Made by a program: the position numbers and the translations under genes. Source: Shigella phage EP23. Taken from it: a stretch of 44,077 bases of DNA. The stretch lies in sequence record JN984867. One strand, written 5' to 3'. Below, piece after piece: positions 17,862-26,610 of the stretch (position 1 is the stretch's first letter; each line of letters starts with the position of its first letter). The notes beneath the pieces are model-generated. The model was not told the origin of the DNA. It saw only the letters and a list, made by a program, of their open reading frames with translations, and made no database searches.

Positions 17862-20800
17862 CGATTATCTACGACGTCACGGGCCATAAAGGCGGCGGCG
17901 CAAAACCGCACACCCCACAGGAGACGCCTGACAGCCTGCATTCACTGGCTAAAGCCCGCATCTTGCTAGCACTGGGTGAAGGTGAGTTTGAAGGCATCCC
18001 GACCGACAACGAATTACGGCAGCGCGTTTATTTGGACGGCACGCCGATCCAGAACGCCGACCGATCCGAAAACTTCCCCGGCGCGCGCGTGGAGTTCCGC
18101 CCAGGCACACAGCACCAGGACGTTATTCACGGATTTTCCGCGGTGGAAAGCGAGCAGACAGTGGGTGTAAAACTGGAATACGGCACGCCGTGGGTGCGCC
18201 AGATTAACGACACCAGTTTGGACGCCGTGCGCATTCGAGTCGGTATACCGGCCCTGTACACTAACGAAGATAATGGCGACCTGGTGGGCGGGCGCATCGA
18301 CTATAAAATCGTTGTGTATACGGATAACGCCGATCCGCGCGAGTTCCGCTTCGCTGCCGTTGGAAAAACAATGTCGCTGTACGAGCGCGACCACCGCATC
18401 GAGCTACCGTCTAACGTGAATACCGGCTGGCGCGTGGAGGTGCACCGCTTAACGGCTGATTCCACCTCTGCGAAAGTGGTCAATGATATCCGGGTGCAAT
18501 CCATTACGGAGATTATCGACGCCCGCCTGCGATACCCGCTAACCGCGCTGTTGTTCGTGGAGTTCGACGCTAAGGCTTTCCAGAATATCCCGCGCGTGTC
18601 AATCAAGTGCAAAGGTCGCAAGGTGTTGGTCCCGAACAACTACGACCCGATTAATCACACCTATTCGGGGGACTGGGATGGCACGTTTAAACGCGCATGG
18701 ACGGATAACCCTGCGTGGCACTGGTACGATATTTGTATTACTGAGCGCTTTGGCCTCGGTCGTCGTATCAAACCGCAAATGCTAAACCGATACGCGCTTT
18801 ACCAGGTTGCGCAGCGCTGCGATCAGCTGGTCAGCGACGGCAACGGCGGGCAGGAAATCCGATTTAAGAATGATATGTACATCCAGTCGCAGACCGACGC
18901 CTGGACCGTGCTTAAGGATTTAGCCGCTATCTTTGCCGGTATGACCTGGTGGGGCAATCAGATGTTAAATATCGTCAGTGACCAGCCGGTAGCCGCGGTA
19001 TCGCACACTATCACAAACGCCTCGGTGATTGATGGTCGATTCGACTACGCATCCGGTAGCCAGAAAACCCGGTATTCCACGTTCGCGGTAGCATACGGCA
19101 ACCCGAAGAACCACTACGAAGACGCCATCGCAACGGGCCAGCGCGTCGAACTGGTGCGCCGCCATAAGATTAACCGCCTCGATATTACGGCGATCGGCTG
19201 TACGCGTGAGTCCGAAGCGCAACGCCGCGGGCACTGGGCGCTAATCTCCAACCAGCTTGACCAGCAAGTTAGCTTTAAGGTTGGCATGGAAGGGCTGTTT
19301 TTTATCCCGGGAAGCGTAGTTGCGATCGCGGATACTAATATTTCCGGCGGCTTCGAGACACGCGGCGGACGCCTGTTGTCAGATCCAGGGACGCGTACTG
19401 TGCTGAACACGGACAGCGAAATCACGTTCCGCCCTGGCGATAAATTCTTGGTGCGCACCGATAGCGGGAATGTGGAGACTCGCGAGATTGCCAGCGTCAA
19501 CGGCAACAAGGTTACGCTGAAAACAGCACTGAACGCTGACCCGATTCCCGATCAACCGTTTTGCGTTGATGGCGACGATATCCAGTTGCAGAAGTTCCGC
19601 ATCACCGACCTGGAATATGACGACGCTACCAGCACTTTCTCGGTGCGCGGGATTGAATACAACGACAGCAAATACGATGCCGTTGATAATGGCGCTCGCC
19701 TTGATCCGGGCATCTTCACGCAAGTTCCTGACGGCGTAATGAAGGGGCCGGAGTCGGTAATCATCACCCCGTCGCAGATCTCATCGCAAGGCCAGCTAAT
19801 CACCAACGTGGATATTGTTTTCCCGCCGGTGAAAGATGCCGTTGTGTACGAAATCCAGTGGCGGCGCACCAGCTTGCAGAATATGGAAATCCAGTGGGGT
19901 AACGACTGGGTGAACCTTCCACGCACGGCATCGAACGGCGCGCACATCCCTAACGTGTTCTCCGGCAACTACCAGGCACGCGTCCGCGCGATCGGTATGG
20001 GTGAGATTTCATCCCCGTGGGTGGAGTCCGCCATCACGCCGGTGGAAGGTCGCCTCGGCGGGCTTAACGCGCCGATCATCACCAACGCGATTTCTGGCCT
20101 CCACCAGATTTTGTGGAAGTGGAACCATAATAACGCCGCGACGGATATCTCATACACCGAGCTTGAAGTGCGCAAGACCGGTGAGACGGAATGGAAATTT
20201 CTTACCAACGTCCCATATCCAGGGGCGGAGTATGCACAAACGTCTCTGGAGTTCGGTATCTATCAGCAGTTGCGCGCCCGCGTAGCGGATAAAATCGGCA
20301 ACCTGTCGGACTGGTCGGCCCCGTTTGAAGGGCAGGTAAGTAACAAAGTTGACGAGTACATGAAGGGGCTTGACGATGAGTTCTTGACTTCTGAGGATGG
20401 TAAACGCTTCCAGGAAGCGATCGACACCATGCCGCAAGGCATTTACGAGGCCATGCTCACCGACGCGCAGCAAATGTTCAACGCCCGCGCTGAGTACCAG
20501 GGGATTTATGCGGAAATCAAGGTGGCGTATAACGTGGCAGCAGACGCCCACCAGGCCGTCGCGCAACTGGAGACGTTGATCGGCACGCGCCTTGACGAAG
20601 CTGAAGCGGCGATTCACACGTTGCAGACGGCGCAGAGTACGCAAGAGCAGGCCTTCGCCCGGTATCAGCAGACTGTTGCCGCTAAGTTCTCGGAGCAGGA
20701 AGCCGCTATCCAGCAGGTACAGACGGCAACGGCGGACGTAGCTGGCGCACTGGCGGAGTATAAGACCCAGGTCGCAGCACAGTTTGGGCAGCAGTCTGCC

Positions 20801-21676
20801 GCTATTGAGCAGAAGATGACGTCTTCGTTTAACCACTCCGGTGGTAGCGCCACGTACAGCCTTAAGGCGGGCGTGACGTATAACGGGACTTACTACGATG
20901 CCGGTATGCAGCTTTCCGTCGTGACGTCGGGCAACGCGGTTAAATCACGCATCGCATTCAAGGCGGACCAGTTCTACATCATGCACCCGTCCAACGGCAC
21001 GCTGTCATCGGCGTTTATTGTGGATGGGGGACAGGTGTATATAGACACAGCCCGCATCAAGAACGCGTCCATAAACTTCGCGCAGATCACGGACACGCTG
21101 CGGTCAGATAACTTCGTAGCGGGATCACGCGGGTGGAACCTGCCTAAATCTGGTAATGCGGAGCTTAACAATGTGACAGTCCGCGGCACCGTTTATGCGA
21201 ATGATGGTGAGTTCCGGGGCACGGTTTATGCAAGGGATGGGGTATTTACCGGAACGGTCGAAGCCACCAGTTTTGTCGGTGACGTTGCAAATATGTGTGT
21301 TATCGGTGCGAAAGCAATACCCAACACAGCCAGGAATGGATCAAGGTCGTGGTCGGTGACTTTCAACGACTCATCCAATTCAACAAAACTCAAAGACTTT
21401 GTATTGCTGTTAAGCTACTCACTGGTCGGGTACACCGCAAGCCAGTCAAGCCGCATTGCTATTACCGCCAATATTGGCGGGAAAGTAGTCTCAAGGACTA
21501 TTGAACGAGCGGCAAGCGGAAACGCAATCCATACAACGATTCCTTTAGCTGCGAAAGGTGTAACGGCGGGAAGTGTGACAATTACTGTGAAAGAAGAGTA
21601 TACAAACGTCTACGGCAGCACATTGCACCCGTCTGTAATTTTAATGACTCGTGGGACAGGTAGCTGGTCGCAATAA
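17858..21676 (+). CDS. central tail fiber / host specificity protein, lambda gpJ-like
   Basis: 1272 aa, largest virion ORF, follows I-like gene; C-terminal ~130 aa distinct and Ser/Thr-rich. Confidence 0.85.
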   Translation: MTIIYDVTGHKGGGAKPHTPQETPDSLHSLAKARILLALGEGEFEGIPTDNELRQRVYLDGTPIQNADRSENFPGARVEFRPGTQHQDVIHGFSAVESEQTVGVKLEYGTPWVRQINDTSLDAVRIRVGIPALYTNEDNGDLVGGRIDYKIVVYTDNADPREFRFAAVGKTMSLYERDHRIELPSNVNTGWRVEVHRLTADSTSAKVVNDIRVQSITEIIDARLRYPLTALLFVEFDAKAFQNIPRVSIKCKGRKVLVPNNYDPINHTYSGDWDGTFKRAWTDNPAWHWYDICITERFGLGRRIKPQMLNRYALYQVAQRCDQLVSDGNGGQEIRFKNDMYIQSQTDAWTVLKDLAAIFAGMTWWGNQMLNIVSDQPVAAVSHTITNASVIDGRFDYASGSQKTRYSTFAVAYGNPKNHYEDAIATGQRVELVRRHKINRLDITAIGCTRESEAQRRGHWALISNQLDQQVSFKVGMEGLFFIPGSVVAIADTNISGGFETRGGRLLSDPGTRTVLNTDSEITFRPGDKFLVRTDSGNVETREIASVNGNKVTLKTALNADPIPDQPFCVDGDDIQLQKFRITDLEYDDATSTFSVRGIEYNDSKYDAVDNGARLDPGIFTQVPDGVMKGPESVIITPSQISSQGQLITNVDIVFPPVKDAVVYEIQWRRTSLQNMEIQWGNDWVNLPRTASNGAHIPNVFSGNYQARVRAIGMGEISSPWVESAITPVEGRLGGLNAPIITNAISGLHQILWKWNHNNAATDISYTELEVRKTGETEWKFLTNVPYPGAEYAQTSLEFGIYQQLRARVADKIGNLSDWSAPFEGQVSNKVDEYMKGLDDEFLTSEDGKRFQEAIDTMPQGIYEAMLTDAQQMFNARAEYQGIYAEIKVAYNVAADAHQAVAQLETLIGTRLDEAEAAIHTLQTAQSTQEQAFARYQQTVAAKFSEQEAAIQQVQTATADVAGALAEYKTQVAAQFGQQSAAIEQKMTSSFNHSGGSATYSLKAGVTYNGTYYDAGMQLSVVTSGNAVKSRIAFKADQFYIMHPSNGTLSSAFIVDGGQVYIDTARIKNASINFAQITDTLRSDNFVAGSRGWNLPKSGNAELNNVTVRGTVYANDGEFRGTVYARDGVFTGTVEATSFVGDVANMCVIGAKAIPNTARNGSRSWSVTFNDSSNSTKLKDFVLLLSYSLVGYTASQSSRIAITANIGGKVVSRTIERAASGNAIHTTIPLAAKGVTAGSVTITVKEEYTNVYGSTLHPSVILMTRGTGSWSQ

Positions 21677-21682
21677 GCAAAT

Positions 21683-21709
21683 AGCCCCTCGCTTGAGGGG
21701 CTATCTTTT
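21683..21709. terminator. bidirectional rho-independent terminator between J-like gene and convergent lipoprotein gene
   Basis: AGCCCCTC-gctt-GAGGGGCT hairpin flanked by A/T runs on both sides. Confidence 0.7.
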
Positions 21710-21950
21710 AATAATCAATGACGCAGTTTGATGGGGAACCAATCCTGCGGTGTTCGTGGCTAATCTCCTGGCACCACTGACCGGTATATGGTAGCTTTTC
21801 GGTATCGTAAACCAAAGACCCGTCCTCATGTCGCTCAATAGGCTGAGGTATTACACCGGAATTTGGAACGCCTGTGCTTAAGCCGCTGCCACATGCCGTC
21901 ATCAGAAGGCACGCCGCGGGTATTATCAGATTTTTGATTAAAGTTTTCAT
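21708..21950 (-). CDS. small lipoprotein, candidate receptor-blocking superinfection-exclusion protein (Llp/Cor-like by position)
   Basis: ATG 21950 after AGGAG RBS; signal peptide MKTLIKNLIIPAACLLMTAC with lipobox L-M-T-A-C; 80 aa; sits between J-like and fiber genes on opposite strand. Confidence 0.55.
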   Translation of the reverse strand: MKTLIKNLIIPAACLLMTACGSGLSTGVPNSGVIPQPIERHEDGSLVYDTEKLPYTGQWCQEISHEHRRIGSPSNCVIDY

Positions 21951-22031
21951 GTTATCATCTCCTGTATTGGGTTGAGTTTTAGTATTACACCGCTCAACCA
22001 AGAATGCAACCAATTTTATGAGGATTTAGCT

Positions 22032-23660
22032 ATGGCAGCGGGTACGCTCTCCGTAACGAACAATAGCAAGGCTGTAGTAGGGGTTGGCACAACGTTTACC
22101 GAGTACAAGGCTGGTGACTTCTTATCGCTGGTGGTTGGGCAAGTGCCTTACACCGTGGCGATCGCGTCCATCGAAAGCGCAACCGCGCTCACACTGGTGT
22201 TGCCGTTCGACGGCCCAACGGCGACGGGTCTGGCCTGGGACGGCATCAAACGTGACACCATGTCATTGGCGACGATGGGCGTAACCGTCCAGGCGCAAAA
22301 AGCATTGCGATTGATGATCGCAGATGAGAACAACTGGCGCGCAATCTTCGGAGAAGAAGAGGAAATAACAGTGACGTTACCTAACGGGCAGGTTATGCAG
22401 GGCATGTCATGGGGCTATCTGTCGCAGCTAATGAAGCAGATCGACCCCGTAGAAATGCGCAACCTGCAACAACAGGCCGAGACGGCAAAAAACCAGGCTG
22501 TTACTGCGAAGGGCCAGGCAGAATCAGCGCGCGATGCGGCTAATACAGCAAAAACTGGCGCGGAGAACGCCCGCAACCAGGCCAACACCGCACGTGATCA
22601 GGCCAACACCGCCAAAACAGGCGCAGAATCAGCGCGCGATGCGGCTAATACAGCAAAAACTGGTGCGGAGAACGCCCGCAGCCAGGCGCAAGGGTATCGC
22701 GACGAAGCAGAGCAGTTTAAAAACCAAATCAACCCATCACAGTTCATGCTTAAGTCGCAAAACCTTAGCGACGTAGCGAACAAAGATACGGCGCGGGACA
22801 ATCTGTCACTAGGCCGCACTCAGCGTGCGCAATTTGAGGGGGTTGACCTGTCTAAAAGCGACTGGCCCGGCTTAAGGTTTATTACAACCAGCATGTCACC
22901 AACAGAGGTCGGCTATCGCGTTGTCTTTGAGCATGATTCGAGTGATAACCGCATGGCGCTCTACTGGCGAAATGGCTCAGATGCCAATGGGCAGGCCGCC
23001 GTCCACTTCACCGCGCCTGCCAGCGGGCAGACGCGATTTATTGCATACAAGGAAGAAGTAAACCTTCCAGAAATTACAGGCTGGGGCGTAGCGGCTCCCT
23101 CGCAAGGACCGAGGGCGACGAACGCCACAAACCTTGCGCCGGGGCTTTATTGGGGTACCGTCGCTGACGTCGGCAATCCAATTTCAGGAACACTCGGCAT
23201 GTCGATGCTTCAAACATCAGGATCATCCGCCAATTACCGCTGCCAGTTGGTGTTTCAGGATAGCGCGGGCGGGGCGATGTATCTCCGTTCCAGTAATAGT
23301 AGCGTTTTTGGTAACTACAAGCAGGTAACTACCTCTGCGGTGTCGGATGAGCGCCTGAAAACTGTCCGGGGAAATCTTAATCTAGAAGGTGCGCTGGATA
23401 ACATAAACCGAATGGATTTTAAAATTTTCTCGTTCCTGAGTGATGGGCCGGAACGTAGCTACCGACGCGGCGTTATCTCGCAGCAGATCCGCCAGATTGA
23501 TAAGCAGTACACGAAAGAGATCGGCGGGTACTATCATCTTGATCAGACACCAATGCTACTGGACGCCCTAGCGGCAATTAAAGCATTGCGGGCGCGTGAC
23601 GAGGCTAATAAAGCAGAGATTGCAGAGTTAAAAGCGGCGATTGCAGAATTGAAAAAATAA
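22032..23660 (+). CDS. L-shaped-type tail fiber with internal repeats and C-terminal intramolecular chaperone (peptidase S74-like) domain
   Basis: ATG 22032 after GAGGA; repeated ANTAKTGAENAR units; C-terminus SDERLKTVRGNLNLEG...NRMDFKIFSF resembles S74 autoproteolytic chaperone region. Confidence 0.75.
   Translation: MAAGTLSVTNNSKAVVGVGTTFTEYKAGDFLSLVVGQVPYTVAIASIESATALTLVLPFDGPTATGLAWDGIKRDTMSLATMGVTVQAQKALRLMIADENNWRAIFGEEEEITVTLPNGQVMQGMSWGYLSQLMKQIDPVEMRNLQQQAETAKNQAVTAKGQAESARDAANTAKTGAENARNQANTARDQANTAKTGAESARDAANTAKTGAENARSQAQGYRDEAEQFKNQINPSQFMLKSQNLSDVANKDTARDNLSLGRTQRAQFEGVDLSKSDWPGLRFITTSMSPTEVGYRVVFEHDSSDNRMALYWRNGSDANGQAAVHFTAPASGQTRFIAYKEEVNLPEITGWGVAAPSQGPRATNATNLAPGLYWGTVADVGNPISGTLGMSMLQTSGSSANYRCQLVFQDSAGGAMYLRSSNSSVFGNYKQVTTSAVSDERLKTVRGNLNLEGALDNINRMDFKIFSFLSDGPERSYRRGVISQQIRQIDKQYTKEIGGYYHLDQTPMLLDALAAIKALRARDEANKAEIAELKAAIAELKK
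22519..22686 (+). repeat. two near-identical ~64-bp direct repeats (period 104 bp) inside the fiber gene
   Basis: gcagaatcagcgcgcgatgcggctaatacagcaaaaactgg(c/t)gcggagaacgcccgca(a/g)ccaggc at 22519 and 22623. Confidence 0.85.
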
Positions 23661-23665
23661 AAGAG

Positions 23666-23687
23666 GGGGCCACACGGCCCCTTTTTT
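23666..23687. terminator. bidirectional rho-independent terminator after fiber gene
   Basis: GGGGCC-acac-GGCCCC hairpin, T6 downstream and A-run upstream. Confidence 0.7.
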
Positions 23688-24261
23688 AGTTTGAGTTTTC
23701 CCAGTCCATTTTGCGCCGCACCAGCGGGCTTTCGTAATATTCCTTCCCCTCCACTTCCAACAAGGGCCAATCGTTCACAATCACGTAGGGTTCCGCAATG
23801 TCCTCAATTACGCCGTGCGCGCTGTGCTGCCCGAATGACACACCAACCAGGATAACACCGGCAACTCGACGTGTGAGGTACTCGTGCGCGCAACGTGCCT
23901 CAACCAGTCCGCGACGGATGCCGCTGGTGGCTTTCACCTCGTAGGTCCAAACGGCATCGATCATGTGCTCACGGTAGTCGGGGCCGGATTTAACCTTGCG
24001 CTTACCGACCATAATAATATCGCCGCGGTCGATGGTGTTGGCGCTAAACAGGCCAGTACGCATTAGCAAGCCTTGCGGTATGCAACTACGCCCGCCTGCC
24101 TGCCCCTCAAGGTACATGCCCGCAAACATCTCGCCAAGCACACCGACGAGACGGCTTTGTTTGCACGCGTCTGACTTTAAACGCCATTGATCAAACTCGA
24201 TGCTTGCTAACATTGCCGCCAGGTGGAATTGTTTACCGGTTATTTCAAATTCTCCGAACAT
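23686..24261 (-). CDS. hypothetical protein
   Basis: 191 aa ORF, GGGGGA RBS before ATG 24261; last gene of leftward early operon. Confidence 0.45.
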   Translation of the reverse strand: MFGEFEITGKQFHLAAMLASIEFDQWRLKSDACKQSRLVGVLGEMFAGMYLEGQAGGRSCIPQGLLMRTGLFSANTIDRGDIIMVGKRKVKSGPDYREHMIDAVWTYEVKATSGIRRGLVEARCAHEYLTRRVAGVILVGVSFGQHSAHGVIEDIAEPYVIVNDWPLLEVEGKEYYESPLVRRKMDWENSN

Positions 24262-24303
24262 TGTGAATCCCCCATTGCTGCGGGCCGAAGCCCGCGATTA
24301 GTG

Positions 24304-24858
24304 TTATTTCAGTGCGCTACGCACCAGTGTTTTTTCCATGTTGCGGAAGTCTTCCGGCGTCATGCAGATTTTCGGTCCGTCTTCGCCGGTGAGCACGACC
24401 ATAGGCTGGGCGTCCTGATCTGCGATGCCAAAATCGCCGGCCTTAACAGTCTTGCCGAACGAGGCTACCGTGTCCTCCGCAACGCGAATTGCGCTGTTAT
24501 ACGCATTAATCTCACCGTCCAGGCGCACGGACAGGCCTTTGAGGCTTTCAAACTGTTCTGCCGTTGTATCGATCTGAATCTCGTCATGCACGGTCATGTA
24601 AGACTCGCCCAGCAGGGAGGCATACGCCACCAGATCCACGATGTTATCTTCCTGGTGCTTACGGTGCTGGCGCACCAGCTTCAGGCAGATTAGGAAGGTC
24701 CAGGCTTCTTGCTCTGTCAAGTCGCGACCGGTAAGCGCGTTAAACACGGCAGCGATTTGTTTAGCGCTGCGTTCTTCTTTCGCGTTGTCATAGCCGTTTT
24801 CTTTCCCGCGCTGTTCCATAGTGGTGGCGGCGTTTTTGCAGTATTCGTATGCTTTCAC
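24304..24858 (-). CDS. hypothetical protein
   Basis: 184 aa ORF, apparent GTG start at 24858; downstream of promoter with palindromic operator. Confidence 0.45.
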   Translation of the reverse strand: MKAYEYCKNAATTMEQRGKENGYDNAKEERSAKQIAAVFNALTGRDLTEQEAWTFLICLKLVRQHRKHQEDNIVDLVAYASLLGESYMTVHDEIQIDTTAEQFESLKGLSVRLDGEINAYNSAIRVAEDTVASFGKTVKAGDFGIADQDAQPMVVLTGEDGPKICMTPEDFRNMEKTLVRSALK

Positions 24859-24904
24859 AGTATTACCCTTTTAGCGAGGGGGCTGTATTGCCCCCGACAC
24901 GTTT

Positions 24905-24947
24905 ACTATAGTGCAACCAACCTATTGGTTGCAAGTGAATTTTGCAA
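24905..24947 (-). promoter_or_regulatory. leftward promoter TTGCAA-N18-TATAGT overlapping perfect inverted repeat TGCAACCAA-ccta-TTGGTTGCA (24912-24933)
   Basis: Hexamers and palindrome read directly on minus strand. Confidence 0.55.
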
Positions 24948-25392
24948 CGTTTATTGCGTAAATTTTCGGGACCAAATCACCACACGCCCGACGAATTGCC
25001 GCGATGTTCTTCGGGCAGTCCTCAATGATGACCAGTTCCGACACGTCCGCATAGCAGACCATTTTGAACACGGCGCACGCCTTAAACTCAGGCGGCGGGG
25101 TGTCGTCCAGCATGTGGCGCATAAACAACCGGCCTACTGGGAAGACCTCCAATTGCTCGGCGGTGGTGTCCCAACATTCTCGCTGCCGGTTTGTCAGATA
25201 CGCGATCTCGAAGCCTTGCTCTTTATACATGCGCAGCAGCGGCAGCATATCCATGTTCAGGTCTTCGCGGACGTGCGCTTTGTGCCACTTCGCCCAAAAG
25301 GTGGATTTCGTTTTTATCCCCGGCACCAGGTCGGCGCGCGCATCGCTTGATCCATTAATAACGCCATCCAGATCACAAATCAGTAATTTCAT
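24922..25392 (-). CDS. HAD-superfamily phosphatase (putative nucleotidase / 3'-phosphatase)
   Basis: N-terminal LLICDLDGVI matches HAD motif I (DxDG); 156 aa; GAGGA RBS. Confidence 0.55.
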   Translation of the reverse strand: MKLLICDLDGVINGSSDARADLVPGIKTKSTFWAKWHKAHVREDLNMDMLPLLRMYKEQGFEIAYLTNRQRECWDTTAEQLEVFPVGRLFMRHMLDDTPPPEFKACAVFKMVCYADVSELVIIEDCPKNIAAIRRACGDLVPKIYAINVAKFTCNQ

Positions 25393-25613
25393 TTCAATTC
25401 CTCAATCAAATTTGCACGAACAGTACGGGCGGAAAACGTGTCACACACAAGATGACAGCGGGCAGTCATTACAAGCCAGCCAGTAAGGTCCATGCCCAGG
25501 AGGTGTTCTGGCCGTGACACGCGACGCACTTTGTTCTCCCTCGGGTTGATTTGGTAGCGTTTAACAATTTCGTCCACGACGCGCATACTGCGATCAACGA
25601 TTAAGATATTCAC
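25389..25613 (-). CDS. hypothetical small protein
   Basis: 74 aa ORF overlapping neighbours by a few nt; apparent GTG start. Confidence 0.3.
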   Translation of the reverse strand: MNILIVDRSMRVVDEIVKRYQINPRENKVRRVSRPEHLLGMDLTGWLVMTARCHLVCDTFSARTVRANLIEELK

Positions 25614-26079
25614 GTAGTTCTCCCTCGCTCATTATTTCAATTTGTGCGCTGCCGGTGGGCGGCGCTTCGTCGAAGATTATCAATTGCTGGCACTTGTTAT
25701 TGCTCGGCCCGACTTCACCAGTTACAGCGTGAATAAATCGGATACGCCAGTCCAGAAGAATTATCAGGTTTGCAGTCTTCCGGGCCAGCTTCGCCCACTT
25801 AGTCGACGTGTCCTGATTCAGTAGCATGACGGTCCGGCGTCCGTGCGCTGCGCACTTGACCCACGGCAGCGGATCGGAATACGGCGGGTTGCACCACTTC
25901 CACCCTTTCAACTCTGACCAGTCCACCTCAAGCGCGCTGTGCTCTGCCGTGAAGTAACGCGGTAGAAGGTGGTTGGCATCGCTCGCCGCCATATCGTAAC
26001 GGAATCGGTACTTCCGGCGCAGCGGTTTAAATAAAGCTGGCGGCGTGCGCCAGCTATCTTTTTGCTCACTCTTCTGCAT
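25594..26079 (-). CDS. DNA N6-adenine methyltransferase (phage Dam-like, orphan)
   Basis: WRTPPALFKPL...DMAASDANHLLPRYFT...WCNPPYSD: NPPY catalytic motif and Dam-type N-terminus; 161 aa. Confidence 0.7.
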   Translation of the reverse strand: MQKSEQKDSWRTPPALFKPLRRKYRFRYDMAASDANHLLPRYFTAEHSALEVDWSELKGWKWCNPPYSDPLPWVKCAAHGRRTVMLLNQDTSTKWAKLARKTANLIILLDWRIRFIHAVTGEVGPSNNKCQQLIIFDEAPPTGSAQIEIMSEGELREYLNR

Positions 26080-26524
26080 GATCTGGATCTATCGCGTACA
26101 GGGCAATTTTCTTATTACTGTTTAGAACGCGTTGCACGCGCTTTGATTCCTCGGTGCCGAGTGGTCGGCAGTCGGAGTAGTAAGACCCGTTCCCCCGCCA
26201 CGCAACCAGCACCAGGTCTTTCCGGTCAATCTTAGACTGGCGGCCCTTCGGACGCACGTACTCCTCGGCCCGTTTGCAATGCTCACGCAGACCATCGGCA
26301 GTGATGCGGTTTAGTGCAACGCTGGTGGTGTATCCGGTGCGCTGCATAATCCCCATCAATTTGAAAAGCAGTTCGAAGCGCTCCTCTAGCTCCTGGCGCA
26401 CTTTCTTCTCTCCTTCATATAGCGCCTGGTTGGTGTCCACCAACGCGTTAGCCCGTTCGGCCTGTTCGCGGGCTTCGAGGCATTGCGCGGCCCAGTAATC
26501 TTTTTCTTCTTGTAAAATTCTCAT
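26066..26524 (-). CDS. hypothetical protein
   Basis: ATG 26524 (MRILQEEK) after GGAGA RBS; track ORF extends upstream to 26599. Confidence 0.45.
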   Translation of the reverse strand: MRILQEEKDYWAAQCLEAREQAERANALVDTNQALYEGEKKVRQELEERFELLFKLMGIMQRTGYTTSVALNRITADGLREHCKRAEEYVRPKGRQSKIDRKDLVLVAWRGNGSYYSDCRPLGTEESKRVQRVLNSNKKIALYAIDPDHAEE

Positions 26525-26565
26525 CGTGTTGTCTCCAGGTATTAAAAAGGGCGTCCAACCGGACA

Positions 26566-26610
26566 CCCTCAATATAATGCAACCAATATGCTTATGCAAC
26601 CAATTTACGC
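26566..26610 (-). promoter_or_regulatory. leftward promoter region with two TTGGTTGCA motifs (TTGCAT-N17-TATATT)
   Basis: Read on minus strand: ttggttgcataagcatattggttgcattatatt. Confidence 0.5.

Noticed and set aside
24868-24895. GGGGGC-tgtatt-GCCCCC hairpin (and GCGGGC-ttcg-GCCCGC hairpin at 24270-24290) as terminators
   Set aside because: Neither is followed by a U-run on the transcribed strand; more likely leader or intercistronic stability elements, not called as features
24709-25350. 213-aa plus-strand ORF (and similar plus-strand ORFs at 26870-27538, 27878-28447, 33869-34528)
   Set aside because: All are antisense to well-supported minus-strand genes with recognisable motifs; no RBS or motif support
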